A stretch of 32,630 bases of DNA from Catajapyx aquilonaris (Eukaryota): positions 1 through 32,630 of the forward strand of contig JYFJ02004370.1 in assembly GCA_000934665.2 (NCBI GenBank), in the 5' to 3' direction. Positions 1 to 10,600 of the stretch are shown here, in pieces. Positions within the stretch are counted from its first letter, which is position 1, and every line of letters begins with the position of its first letter. The notes under the pieces were generated by a model. It saw nothing but the letters and a program-made list of their open reading frames with translations, was not told the DNA's origin and did no database searches. The position numbers and the translations under genes were made by a program.

Positions 1-5
1 AAATT

Positions 6-202
6 TGTCGATCAAATGACTGTCGGTGAAACGCCCTGTCGGGGAACTCCTTGTCGGTGAAATGGCTTGTCGGTGGAATGGGTATGTCGGTGAAATGGCT
101 TGTCGGTGAAATGGCCTGTCGGTGGAATGGGTATGTCGGTGAAATGTCTGTCGGTGAAATGGCCTGTCGGCCAGGTGGGTGTCGGTGAAATGACCCGCTC
201 CG
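6..202. repeat. Minisatellite-like tandem array, ~12 copies of a 15-17 bp unit (consensus TGTCGGTGAAATGGCY); possibly the subterminal array of a DNA transposon cut by the window edge
   Basis: Units abut directly with no unique spacers; the array ends ...ATGACCCGCTCCGG followed by TA. Confidence 0.85.
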
Positions 203-253
203 GTAAAGCACACCGTGGCTTGAAGGAGAGAGTAAGTTTCTAGCTTCCACTAT

Positions 254-300
254 AGTATGGCAGGAGAGTATATATGGCAGGAGAGTATGGCAGGAGAGTA
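254..300. repeat. Short tandem triplication of TATGGCAGGAGAG
   Basis: Three near-adjacent exact copies. Confidence 0.8.
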
Positions 301-681
301 CGCATATAAATTAATGATACCGCTATGAGATGGAGAGAATACATTCCATTGAAAGTGACGGGTTGTTTGAATGTGCCGAAGCAGCAATTGTTTTGGAGCT
401 GATTTGATATAGATACGGATATGAAATACCGGTATCATGTATCAAACTGCCAAGAGTAGATCTCTTGTCGCCATTTGTGACCATTCTAATTTTGCCAGCA
501 CCATTCATTGCAATTTTTTGGCGGCCCATGCACAATATTGCCTGAGGGTTGAGTCATAAGTCATTGTGCGCATTTTTAATATTCGAAAATGGTAACACAT
601 ACAGAGATAACCTTCACTACGTTTTGAAGGTCCTCGCTGCGATTACAATTTGGACTGGCACAAAGATGTCACCGGATCTGA

Positions 682-712
682 CCCCCCCCCCCCCACACAC
701 ACACACACACAC
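682..712. repeat. poly-C followed by (CA)n microsatellite
   Basis: Read directly from the sequence. Confidence 0.9.
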
Positions 713-1920
713 ATCACCCCATCATCGCCCGAGCCTGACGCGCTTGGAGCTGTTGAACGTACATGCAGGACACTCCGCGATGGCCGATGGACAACACAGG
801 AGCTTGTACTATATCACTGGGAGTATCACATTTGCATGACTTAATATTTGCTTCAGTTGGAACTCATCATTTCTCTGCAGCTGCAACCCTGCAGGTATCT
901 TCGGGGCAGTTGCTTCTCAATAGAAACTTTGTAGTTGCTCAGTCATGTGGGCAAATGTACAGGGCTTGGAATTCTTGTACACGGAACCCCCACATGAGCA
1001 GGTATGGAAGGAGGAACTTGATCCTTTCTTTGCCCATCTAAAGTAAGAGATTTCCCAAGAAAATCAAGAGAGGAGATTTATAAATTTAATACGGTATGGT
1101 GTGCCTCATTATGATTGTAATGTAAGACAACTAAATGATATACGTTGTACATTTAGCTATCAAAAATTAACAAGTAAAATGAGAGGCAATTTTTGAGCAT
1201 CTAGTAATGTTTTGTGCTTCAGACAATCAGTCTGGCGAGTAGTGCAGTGAATGAAATGTGGCACAAGTATGGGCTCTGAGGACGTCATGTTTGCATGATC
1301 CCCATTCCCCACTACAATTTTGCTCCAATATTCGGGTGACACTGACTTATCCTGCTGGTTGAAGACATTGATGTTGTTGGCATGTGTGTCAACCTTAGCC
1401 ACCAGATTGATTTGAAATTTACTACAGTAAAAACAGTTTAGAACTACAGGCTGCTCACAAACAAATAAAAATCGAGTAAAATGTATCTGGTCCATCTGAT
1501 CACAAGCACAGCTACCAAAGTCTATAGCATAATATCTATCACATGGCTGATGCCTAGTTATCCTGAAAGTAGTGGCTTGTAAACCTATTATAACTGCACT
1601 AGTAGCAGACCCGTTGCCAAATTTTGGCAACACTGCTTGCCCCGGTGCCCCCCTCCCCTTCCTCCCGCACACGGACGTAGTACGATAGGCCACTGCCAGT
1701 TGGCGCATAGGCTCTCTCTCTGCACACTCCTGCCACTCTCAGGGAGAAAGTAGGACTACATGCACGTTGGTGATGAGTCACCGTGAGGACAATGCCATAG
1801 GAGAGGGGTGGACACTGGACACCCCTTAATTAAAATCAGGGGTGCGCTAATCGAAAGAGTGCGTCAACTGACTGACTCTTTCGGTTTTTGTGTCTTTTCC
1901 CTTGTAATTCGACACCTCTA

Positions 1921-2168
1921 AGACGAATGGAGACCATGCCCCGTAATCCCATATGTCAGACACCGCGTCTGTCTCACCTATTATTGTGCCCAACCCCCTG
2001 TACAGTACGTGATGTCATGTTAGTCCTGTACCTCTTCCTGGGGTGAATATGACGCGAATGACACGTACTCGTATATGGGGAGGTCATTTTGAAATATGGC
2101 GTCTTTGGGGACAAATTACGAGACTGTGACGCGGTGTCTGACATACGGGGCATGGTCTCCATTCGTCT
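1921..2168. mobile_element. MITE with TA target duplication, nested
   Basis: TIR AGACGAATGGAGACCATGCCCCGT...ATGTCAGACACCGCGTC mirrored at 2128-2168; TA at 1919-20 and 2169-70. Confidence 0.85.
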
Positions 2169-2171
2169 TAT

Positions 2172-2949
2172 ACCAGGGAACGGTCAAGGTCGACCCCCTC
2201 CGATTTGGTTTAAACTTGCTTGATGGGTCATTCATGTGCTATGGACACAGTGGTGAAAGTTTTAGCTGACACTTTACAGCCGTTTCCGAGATATGAGCGA
2301 CAGAAACATCCGAATTTTGGCCCCGCGCATAGAGGTCGGGCGAGAAGGGACGAGTGCAAGGAAGAGCTGATGGTAGTCAAGTGGATGGAGCGTTGGACTT
2401 GTAATTTTGCCGTGAGCCGCTCTGCCAGCTCCAAATCCCTTCTACATTGATTCCCCCCGCCCCCTTTACCCCCTTTATTCGATCCCATACAGTCATACAC
2501 CATCCCCCACTCCCCCACCAACATTTTCGTTTCCCATTGTTTATTTTTGCTCCGGTATTTATTATGAGACCATCAAGCTGCTTTCTTCGCTTCTGTCAAC
2601 TGTGAATAAAGAGCTTCTGCACCTAAAATTGCGTAATGGGAAGCCGCCAGCTTTTGGCCTAGGTTGAGATGAAATAGCCAGTGCTTCGGGAGCATATTGG
2701 TGTGTCAATTATTAGCGCAACATATATAGCCTGCTGTGGTGCATTCGCTTTGGTATCCTTATCCAATCCATCCTTCTCGCCCGACATCTATATGAGCGGG
2801 GCCAAAATTCGGATGTTTCTGTCGCTCATATCTCGGAACGGCTGGAAAGCGTCAGCTAAAACTTTCACCACTGTGTCTATCGTACACCAATGACCGCTCA
2901 AGCAAGTTTCAACCAAATCTGAGGAGATCGACCTTGACCGTTCCCTTGT
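2172..2949. mobile_element. Long-TIR (~150 bp) MITE or internal palindromic arm of the outer element
   Basis: AGGGAACGGTCAAGGTCGA...GACACAGTGGTGAAAGTTTTAGCTGAC...CCGAATTTTGGCCCCGC (2175-2327) mirrored at 2795-2946; exact ends ambiguous. Confidence 0.75.
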
Positions 2950-2958
2950 TAGAGGTAT

Positions 2959-3397
2959 GGACCTTTTAACGCTACGTCATCACAACAAAGGCGGCCATCT
3001 TGTTGGTTGGGTAAAACCCCTATCCTGCCCGTGTTGTTGGCAGTGTTTGTGACGGTCTGTGAGGTTTGCCAGGGTTAATTAATCACACTGCTACTTCCAG
3101 CAGGGAAATAAACACAGCAAATGGTTACTTTGTGCAAAGTGTGAGCTCCGCAAATCCGTCGATGTTTGGTGGGTTACCAACTTTTCGCAATCTTCTCCAC
3201 TCTCCTGACGGCGGCCAACAATCTGGCCCTCCCCTCCACATCAATTTGGAACCTAAAAAAAGCCCGGTGTGGCTTACTTACTCGATGTATTGTTGCAGAA
3301 ATAACCCGCTCAGCATGCCGCCATTTGTGGTTCTGTCCAACCAACAAGATGGCCGCCGCGAAAAAATGTAAACAAATACGTCACGGCTAAAAGGTCC
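2959..3397. mobile_element. MITE with GGACCTTTTA termini and AT duplication (ISL2EU / PIF-Harbinger-like)
   Basis: AT|GGACCTTTTA...TAAAAGGTCC|AT; internal inverted GGCGGCCATCTTGTTGGTTGG / CCAACCAACAAGATGGCCGCC. Superfamily inferred from the ends only. Confidence 0.7.
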
Positions 3398-4648
3398 ATT
3401 ACTCGGAAATGACACAAAAACGTAAAGAATCCGTCTGTTGACTCACTTTCAATTCGCGCACCCCTTACTTTAATAAATTAAGGGGTGTCCACCCCTCCCC
3501 TATGCCGGATGGAATTTCGTGTCCTGTGGACGGAAACCTTTCTTTGACTCCAGGGACCATTTTCCCAAAGTGACCGCTTTCTTCTAACAGCATTCTTTTC
3601 CCGTTTTTTTCCAGCATATCGCTGAGTATTATGTAAGCAGGCGGACCCGTCGCTGGTTATTCGTACGCGTCACTCACTCGATTTGTAAACAGTGCAACAA
3701 TAGAAAGAACACTAAGCACTCTCCATATGCTGATGTTTGAATTGGCGCCGGCCGGGGTTGCCAGGTAATGTGCGACGTCTCCGACGGAAAAAAAAGGCAA
3801 TGAGGAACTGGACTGCTAATGTGGCCAGAGTGATGTGGCCAGCACTGTATGTTTAATGATATTTCAAGATGAGACATGGTGGATGGATTGCGACCAATTT
3901 ACAAAATGGAGGATTAAATATTTAATAAGAGAATACGAATAAAATTTTAAATTTGACTTAATGTATGCATCACCACCTTTTTATTAAAAGGGGTAGTCAT
4001 TGATAATTAATTAATTATATATGTTAGGCTCAAACCCCGAAAACGGCCATTGCGCGAAAAAACCGTCCATTCTGCAGAGTGATCTGTGCCAAACCATCCA
4101 TTCTGCAGAATGCTCCATGTCAAACCGTCCATTCTGCAGAATGCTCATTGTCCAACCATCCATTCTGCAGAATGGACGGTTTGACATGGAGCATTTTGCA
4201 GAATGGATGTTTTAAACCGTTTCTCTCTGGCTCTGGCCGTTTCATTAAACCGTCCATTCTGCAGAATGGACGGTTTAATGAAACGGCCAGAGCCCGAAAT
4301 GCTCTTTTTAAGGCCAGAACGCTTTCCTGGGCGAAACTTACACGTCAGGACGCCAATTTCGTGTCGGGATGGCTGGTTTAGAAGACGGTCATAACTCGTT
4401 GTGGCAGTTTCCTGCTTCCCACTGTGCCATGTAGAAGCTGGAAATAAATCACCCTATTGTTGTTTGGCAAATGGTTGAAATACTTAACATTTGATGATGC
4501 TGTTTATTTTCCAGGAACTATTACCTCCAAATATTTATTACCATTATTACTAGTGCATCATTTCCAAGAATGGTGTTACCTCCAAATATTTGATACCATT
4601 ATTACTAGTACATCTTCTTCCAGGAACTCCTATTCCTCAATTATTAGT

Positions 4649-5150
4649 CTATTTGTTTTTGCAGGCACTGTTCGGATGACACTAAGAATTGCACTTAATA
4701 TTGCTTGATCGACATTTACATTTCTTATCAATGCAGTACTTTTTGCAACTGCAACTTATGAATCCCTGCTCACTACCTGAACTTAGAGCTGAAGCCGATC
4801 GAAGAGATACAGAACTGGTGGAAGGAACTTCGTTCAGAGCTATAAAATTGGAATCAGCAGGTGTGAACTCATTGCGAGCATACAGCCTCTCTAAAATGTC
4901 TTCTTTCGTGCCCAATTGGTAGAGCCCAGATTCATTAACGTCGACAACAACCGCTAACACATTTCCTAGGAGCCAAACGTCCTCGATCGACTTCAGGTAC
5001 CCTAACCACGACGTTTCTCCCTATGTCGACAGGGGAAAGCCTTGAGTTGGACAGAGAAATCATTTGCTCAGCTTGTTTTTTCTGATTGAATCTTGCACAT
5101 TGACGCTTACTCTTTATACTCTCTTTCCTTAAACACAGGTTGCAAGTGAT
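4649..5150 (-). pseudogene. C-terminal fragment of Ginger2 (KRBA2-like) transposase, disrupted
   Basis: Minus strand reads CNLC...QAEQM...VDIGRNVVVRVPEVDRGRLAPR [+1 frameshift near 4964] NVLAVVV...GLYQLGTK...LYARNEF...VSLRSA...QGFISCSCKKYCIDKKCKC...CNS*CHPNSACKNK*, with an in-frame premature TAG at 4682-84. Family recognised from memory of the motif. Confidence 0.75.
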
Positions 5151-5155
5151 TTTTA

Positions 5156-5234
5156 ATTATGCTCCTCATGGCAACTTCGGGGGAGGCATTTCCCAGGGAA
5201 ATGCCTCCCCCGAAGTTGCCATGAGGAGCATAAT
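5156..5234. repeat. Perfect 39-bp inverted repeat with 1-nt loop
   Basis: ATTATGCTCCTCATGGCAACTTCGGGGGAGGCATTTCCC-A-GGGAAATGCCTCCCCCGAAGTTGCCATGAGGAGCATAAT. Confidence 0.95.
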
Positions 5235-5325
5235 ATATTATATCGTTTCAAAACGCAACTTACCCACCGAGTAAACAATTTGAGTTAGAGGTGGCAGCAC
5301 CTTCATTGCCTGTCTCTCCACAGCA

Positions 5326-5932
5326 CAGGGCCGTCGCGAGGGGGGGGNGCAAAAAAAAATCCGCCTGCGGCGGGCTTGCTCCCCGCCCTTTACGGCTTAT
5401 TCTGTTCCCCCTCCCCAACAAAATCTACCTACGCGCCTGGAAATACCATGAAATGACCAAGGAAGACGTAGTGAAACAAAAAAGTGCTTGTATTGCGAAA
5501 ATGCTATTTACGCCTGGAAAATGGAAGGGGTCTTCCCAGAGGTCTGCATCGCTCTGAGAATATTTTGTACCCTTCCGGTGACAGTGGCCGAAGCAGAGAG
5601 ATCGTTCAGCAAACTAGTGTTGATCAAAACGTATCAGATATCCACCATGACCCACGATTGCTTGACTAATTTGGCTGTGCTATCCATTAAACATGAACTA
5701 AATAAAACTCATTCAAAGAGGCAATGCAATCATTTGCAATGAGCAAGGGAAGAAAGTTTACCCTCTTGTAGATTGAAAGAAATAAAACCCACTGGTGCTT
5801 GAAAATTTGCTTTTCGTAGTGTCACTTTTTTTAGTGGATTGGAGAAGAGTTCGAGGGGGGAGGACGTGGAATGGGAGGGGGCCCCCCGAGTGAAACTGCC
5901 TAGGGGCCCACTGAAGCCTCGCTAATGGCCTG
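5326..5932 (+). mobile_element. Non-autonomous hAT derivative nested inside the Ginger-like element
   Basis: Imperfect TIRs CAGGGCCGTCGCGAG / CTCGCTAATGGCCTG; flanking direct repeat CACAGCA (5319-25, 5933-39); carries a hAT dimerisation-domain fragment. Confidence 0.8.
5521..5742 (+). pseudogene. hAT transposase C-terminal dimerisation domain fragment (ZMYM1-like type)
   Basis: FPEVCIALRIFCTLPVTVAEAERSFSKLVLIKTY..STM....L..LAVLSI matches the hATC motif (P-x-T-x-A-x-x-ERSFS-x-L); no catalytic domain upstream. Confidence 0.85.
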
Positions 5933-6077
5933 CACAGCATGTGATAACATGCTTATGCCTAAACGCAACAAATGCCCCTTAAAAGGCCGCGTGAAAAGTG
6001 CTATCTGTTTCAAAACAGCAACTTGTCCATCTCTGTAATACTAAATGTAATTCTGTGCGACTAAGTGTTAGAACGCT

Positions 6078-6330
6078 AGAGGCGGATTCCAAGGTCCCCT
6101 AAGTCCATATTATTTTTTTAAAAATGAGCTGAGGACATACAGTATATTGGTAGCTTATGGTACTCCCCACCTCCTCCTGAGGTCAGAATACACCAAATGT
6201 CTCTAGGTCCAAGCACGAAAATCGGAGGATTTTTCCAAAGCCATATAAGCCCATATATACTTGATGACAACAAAAACTCAAATCTCAACAGGACACAAAT
6301 GGACCTAGGGGACATTGGAATCCCGCCTCT
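6078..6330. mobile_element. Small MITE nested in the Ginger-like element
   Basis: TIR AGAGGCGGATTCCAAGGTCCCCTAAGTCCAT vs ATGGACCTAGGGGACATTGGAATCCCGCCTCT; no clear TSD. Confidence 0.65.
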
Positions 6331-7281
6331 TCTGATGAAGGTAATAGTTCCTGGAAAATAAACAGCATCATCAAATGTTAAGTATTTCAACCATTTGCCA
6401 AACAACAATAGGGTGATTTATTTCCAGCTTCTACATGGCACAGTGGGAAACAGGAAACTGCCACAACGAGTTATGACCGTCTTCTAAACCAGCCATCCCG
6501 ACACGAAATTGGCGTCCTGACGTGTAAGTTTCGCCCAGGAAAGCGTTCTGGCCTTAAAAAGAGCATTTCGGGCTCTGGCCGTTTCATTAAACGGTTTAAC
6601 TGAACTAACATCCATTCTGCAAAATGCTCCATGTCAAACCGTCCATTCTGCAGAATGGATGGTTGGACAATGAGCATTCTGCAGAATGGATGGTTTGGCA
6701 CAGATCACTCTGCAGAATGGACGGTTTTTTCGCGCAATGGCCGTTTTCGGGGTTTGAGCCTAACATATATATATTACGTGTCGGAAACCCAAGTCAGTGA
6801 TGAAATATAGCCTACTTACAGGGTTAAATTAATTACGTTATATTCAAAATTAAATTCCAGGACTTAAAGTTAATACAGCTGAGTTTTTCATACTATCGAA
6901 TATCCCGTTGAACGCCAGAGGTGGAAGGGTTGCAGCCATTTGCAACTTGCAAGGAGACCTTTACGTCATTTAAAATAAGGCATGCAATTGTCACAGATCC
7001 CATTACATTAACTTTGAACTTAACAAGGCCAAATCATGTTCAAATTGATTTTTAACATATATGCAAATGTCCCCCTTCAGACATTAAATGGTAAGGGGAG
7101 AGGTTAAATAAAATATTACTTCTACCCCCATTGTAGGCCTACTGTATTATTATTCCTTGATATGTGACGTACTGTAAAATCCTTTGGACGATGCCTATAC
7201 AGCATAGAGAGAGCACCTGTTCCGTGAGATGTGAGATTTATGTATATGGCTATATGTTGTGTGCACCCCATATCTATTGAC

Positions 7282-7312
7282 TGATTTGTCAGATAGGAAG
7301 CCGATGACACCT
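7282..7312 (+). promoter_or_regulatory. Candidate cis-element shared with the upstream region of paralog 3
   Basis: TGATTTGTCA-N8-GCCGATGACACCT here vs TGATTCGTCA-N8-GCCGATGACACCT at 21213-21243. Confidence 0.5.
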
Positions 7313-7665
7313 ATTTAATGAATCATGTGAAATCGAACAGTCTGGAATAGAAGAGGCCGCATTCTGGCCCGACTCAATTGCGCCAAGAATGCTGTTCAAT
7401 GCTATCCATAACAAAAACAGGACACTTACTTCCTCCGGTTTGACACATTTTCACAGGTACGTAAAAAGTTCTTGCTACACATGTTACGACACTTTGCCTA
7501 CCGGCATGTTTAAAGCTTTTTCCATCTAACCCGCACAGGCATTTTCAGGTATACGTATTTATTATTGCTTCTGAGCAATAGGCCTTTTTCTCGTGAGTTA
7601 ATAGGCAAAATATAATATGGGATAACATACTGTCGTCTTCAACTTTGTCCAAATGAGTGAAGGCA

Positions 7666-10600
7666 ATGAAACGCCAGCATGTCAATATTAATCTACCTGT
7701 TTATAACACTGGGTTCAGTGGACGTCCCCAAAATAAACTGAGCAGGCTTGTGACATCTCCACAAGCTGAACTGAAACAAGGCGTTAAAGATTTTCTCAAG
7801 AATACTGGACTTCACGGATTGCAGTATTTTGTTAAAAGGTCCACATTTGAAAGGCAAGTAGTTGTTCTGGAATAATACAGTACATACGTACGTTAAGGGA
7901 TCAAAAATGAACTCTTACCAGTTTTGTTTTCCAGAGCAATATGGATGATTGTATGGTGTATAGTCTTAGGAACTGGGTGCTACTTCATTTCTTACGTTAT
8001 ATTTAAGTTTCATGGAGGTAAGATAATGGTGAGTGTTGAATCGACTGATGAAGATATTTGGAACATTCCGTTTCCTGCCATCACTCTCTGCAACACGAAT
8101 CGAGCCTTCAAGAGCAAGGTAGAGGCAGCAGGGTAAGGATTTTTCAGAAAATTCATGACAGCATGTGTCATAAGCTAGCTCACATTTTGTATCCGTAAAA
8201 AATCACGATCATTAAGAATTTCCACTGGCCCCTTGACTTTAACTATACTTTTCAAGCAGTATGTTTAAAAATAATAAAGGGATTTCGAACAATGTGTCAT
8301 TTACTGGCTAAATTGAAAGTGAGGCGACAGGAGTGAGTGGAAGTAGAGCCCGCGATATTTTTACCGTTACGGAAGACAGTTGAGCTATAGCTTATATAAT
8401 AGGCGACACACTGTATGATTACAGTCATGAGCGTGACGTAATCCAATATTGATTTTCCCATCCCTCAGGAAGTTGCTTGGCATCAATTTTGAAGATTTCC
8501 GCCACTATGCGGAGGTAATAGGCGTTTTTCCAACCTGGACAGTATTAAACCATGAGAGAAGAGAACATTTGAGAAAATACCTGTCCAGTCCCATGTGGAA
8601 TATGACTGGAGTTTCCATAGAACAACTTATAGGCATGGCAAGTGTCATGTTACAACACTTATGCTATTTCATAATCCAGGAGCACATTATAGTGTTATAT
8701 AGTATAAACATTTTTAGTCGATTTAGATGGACAATATTCAAATTAAGCAGATCAGGGTCATTGGTCTATATAGTTTCAATGGTGAAATAGACTCACTAAA
8801 AGAGCCTACTGTGTCAGAAATATCACAGTCAGGTATACACGGTGTTTCAATTGAAATGACCCTTTTAGCCTGCTTATTTTTAAGTAGTGACTTTGCATGT
8901 TAGATACATAATAGATAATGGTTATTAAAAATATTAGCTGCTGATAAATTATGAGGTTGCGTGGACCCACCCATTTAAGCCTGCAAAAAGGGTCAGGCCT
9001 GTACAGAATAGATTCAGGCATTGAAGTTTGCGCTGATGCCAATAATTGCTCCAGCCCGCCATTCTCAATCGGAAATGCATTGCAATGATTCAGATCTTGA
9101 TGGATTTATATTATTTAACTCGGCATAATATCCGCAGCCAATACTCTTTTGATAACTACTAAAGTAAGTACGAAACAGAAATTAGGTGTACTTAAAAATG
9201 AGCAATGTAGTGCCACAAAATAGTTCATCACTATAAGCACATTTAGAACACCCTGGGTCATATTGAGAACATGTTGCTTTATCATCCATGTTCGAGCAAG
9301 TATGCAGAATTTAATGTCGTTCCTCTTTTGTCCGAACAGTGTCCTCTAGTAATAATGATGTTAATGATTTTTAGCTCACGCTTTCAGTAAATGAGCAGTT
9401 TCTTCATTGTGAATGGATGGGATCAAAAATAGAGTGTGAAAATATACTGAAGCTCGCCGTGACGGACATGGGTCACTGCTATTCGTTTAACTACAGGTTA
9501 GTGAAGCAAAGAATAAAACTGTTTCGGTCGTAAACCAATCATCTGCTTCCGTCCTTAGTCCCGACCTGAATGCAAAGAACGGCAAGAAACCCCCCCAACC
9601 TCTTCGTGCCAACGGGGCTGGATCTGAAACAGGCCTGACAGTCGTGGCTCGAACTCAAGAAAACAATCAGTTAGCCAAATCGCATTCGTTCAACGGATAC
9701 CTGGTATGGTACATTTTAATATTTCCAACCAAGCATATTTTACTTCAACAGAGCAGATTCAGTTATGCTAACAATAGGCGTCATTCGATGCTTGAGCACG
9801 TGGTGCAGTTTTTTTTTCAATTATCAAAGTCATGAATCATGATGTAAATTACCCATTGTTGCTCAGAAAAATTAATATTTGGAGTTTACCTTGCACAACC
9901 GGATGTCTCATGAGTAGCCTCCAAATATTTCTGTAGTAGCCAAAACTTGCCTGGACATCCCGCATGTTGTTCACAGGCGACAGGTGTATAAATTACCCTG
10001 TAAGCCAAATACAAAATTTTTCAATAATTTCACTGCATCACTCTACAGGCAATGTAGTATAGTTATTGCCACAGCCTCATACGTCATAAATAACAGATTA
10101 TTGCAAAAGATATGTCAATTTCCCAGGCTCTGATCCACCACCCCCGCGAGTTCCCGACTATGCTGAACAATGCCATGTACTTGGACGAGGGCACCGAAGT
10201 GTTCGTGCCCGTCAGAGGAGTGGAGACCAAGACTTCGTACCGGTCTAGGGCCCTCACTGCATCCAGTCGAGGGTGCGTTTTTGATGACGAAAAATCACTG
10301 AGGTACTTCAAGACATACAGGATGAAGAACTGCTTCTCCGAGTGCCGTGTCAACACCACCGCCAAACTCTGCGGGTCGGTACCGTTTAACTACAGGTTCA
10401 TACCTGAGGGTAAGTATGTCCAGATCATATAAGTTATATTAATTATCATAACTACAACTAAACATTAACACATATTTTCTGGCTGTGGGATTTTCAGAGA
10501 TGAAACATTTAAGCAAGGTCAACATGGGCGTATTTGAATGCTGGATAAAGAATTTGAGTAGGTAGCAGAATTTCTGTTTATTTAAAATATATATTTTATT

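Larger units (their letters stand above)
1800..3500. mobile_element. Outer TA-flanked inverted-repeat (MITE/foldback) element containing nested MITEs
   Basis: ~100 bp imperfect inverted repeats (GGAGAGGGGTGGACAC...CCCCTTAATT...GTGTCTTTTCC at 1800-1900 vs 3405-3500), flanked by TA at 1798-99 and 3501-02. Confidence 0.75.
4022..6765 (-). mobile_element. Internally deleted Ginger2/TDD-like DNA transposon with very long TIRs
   Basis: TGT...ACA termini flanked by TATA on both sides; near-identical inverted repeats 4022-4526 and 6339-6765 containing repeated CCATTCTGCAGAATGG palindromes; internal remnant of a KRBA2/SCAND3-like integrase-type transposase C-terminus. Confidence 0.8.

Noticed and set aside
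6..202. CRISPR-like array
   Set aside because: Units of 15-17 bp abut with no unique spacers, there are no cas genes and the context is eukaryotic.
1160..1708. Longest ORF (182 aa) as a gene
   Set aside because: No recognisable domain and no ATG start at the ORF boundary; kept only as a low-interest finding.
7539..7548. 10-nt 5' UTR micro-exon in paralog 1 (and 21418-21443 in paralog 3)
   Set aside because: Plausible AG/GT boundaries, but it cannot be supported without transcripts.
10084..10365. Conserved antisense ORF (also 26767-27009)
   Set aside because: Shadow of the near-identical exon 6 sense sequences; no independent coding signal.
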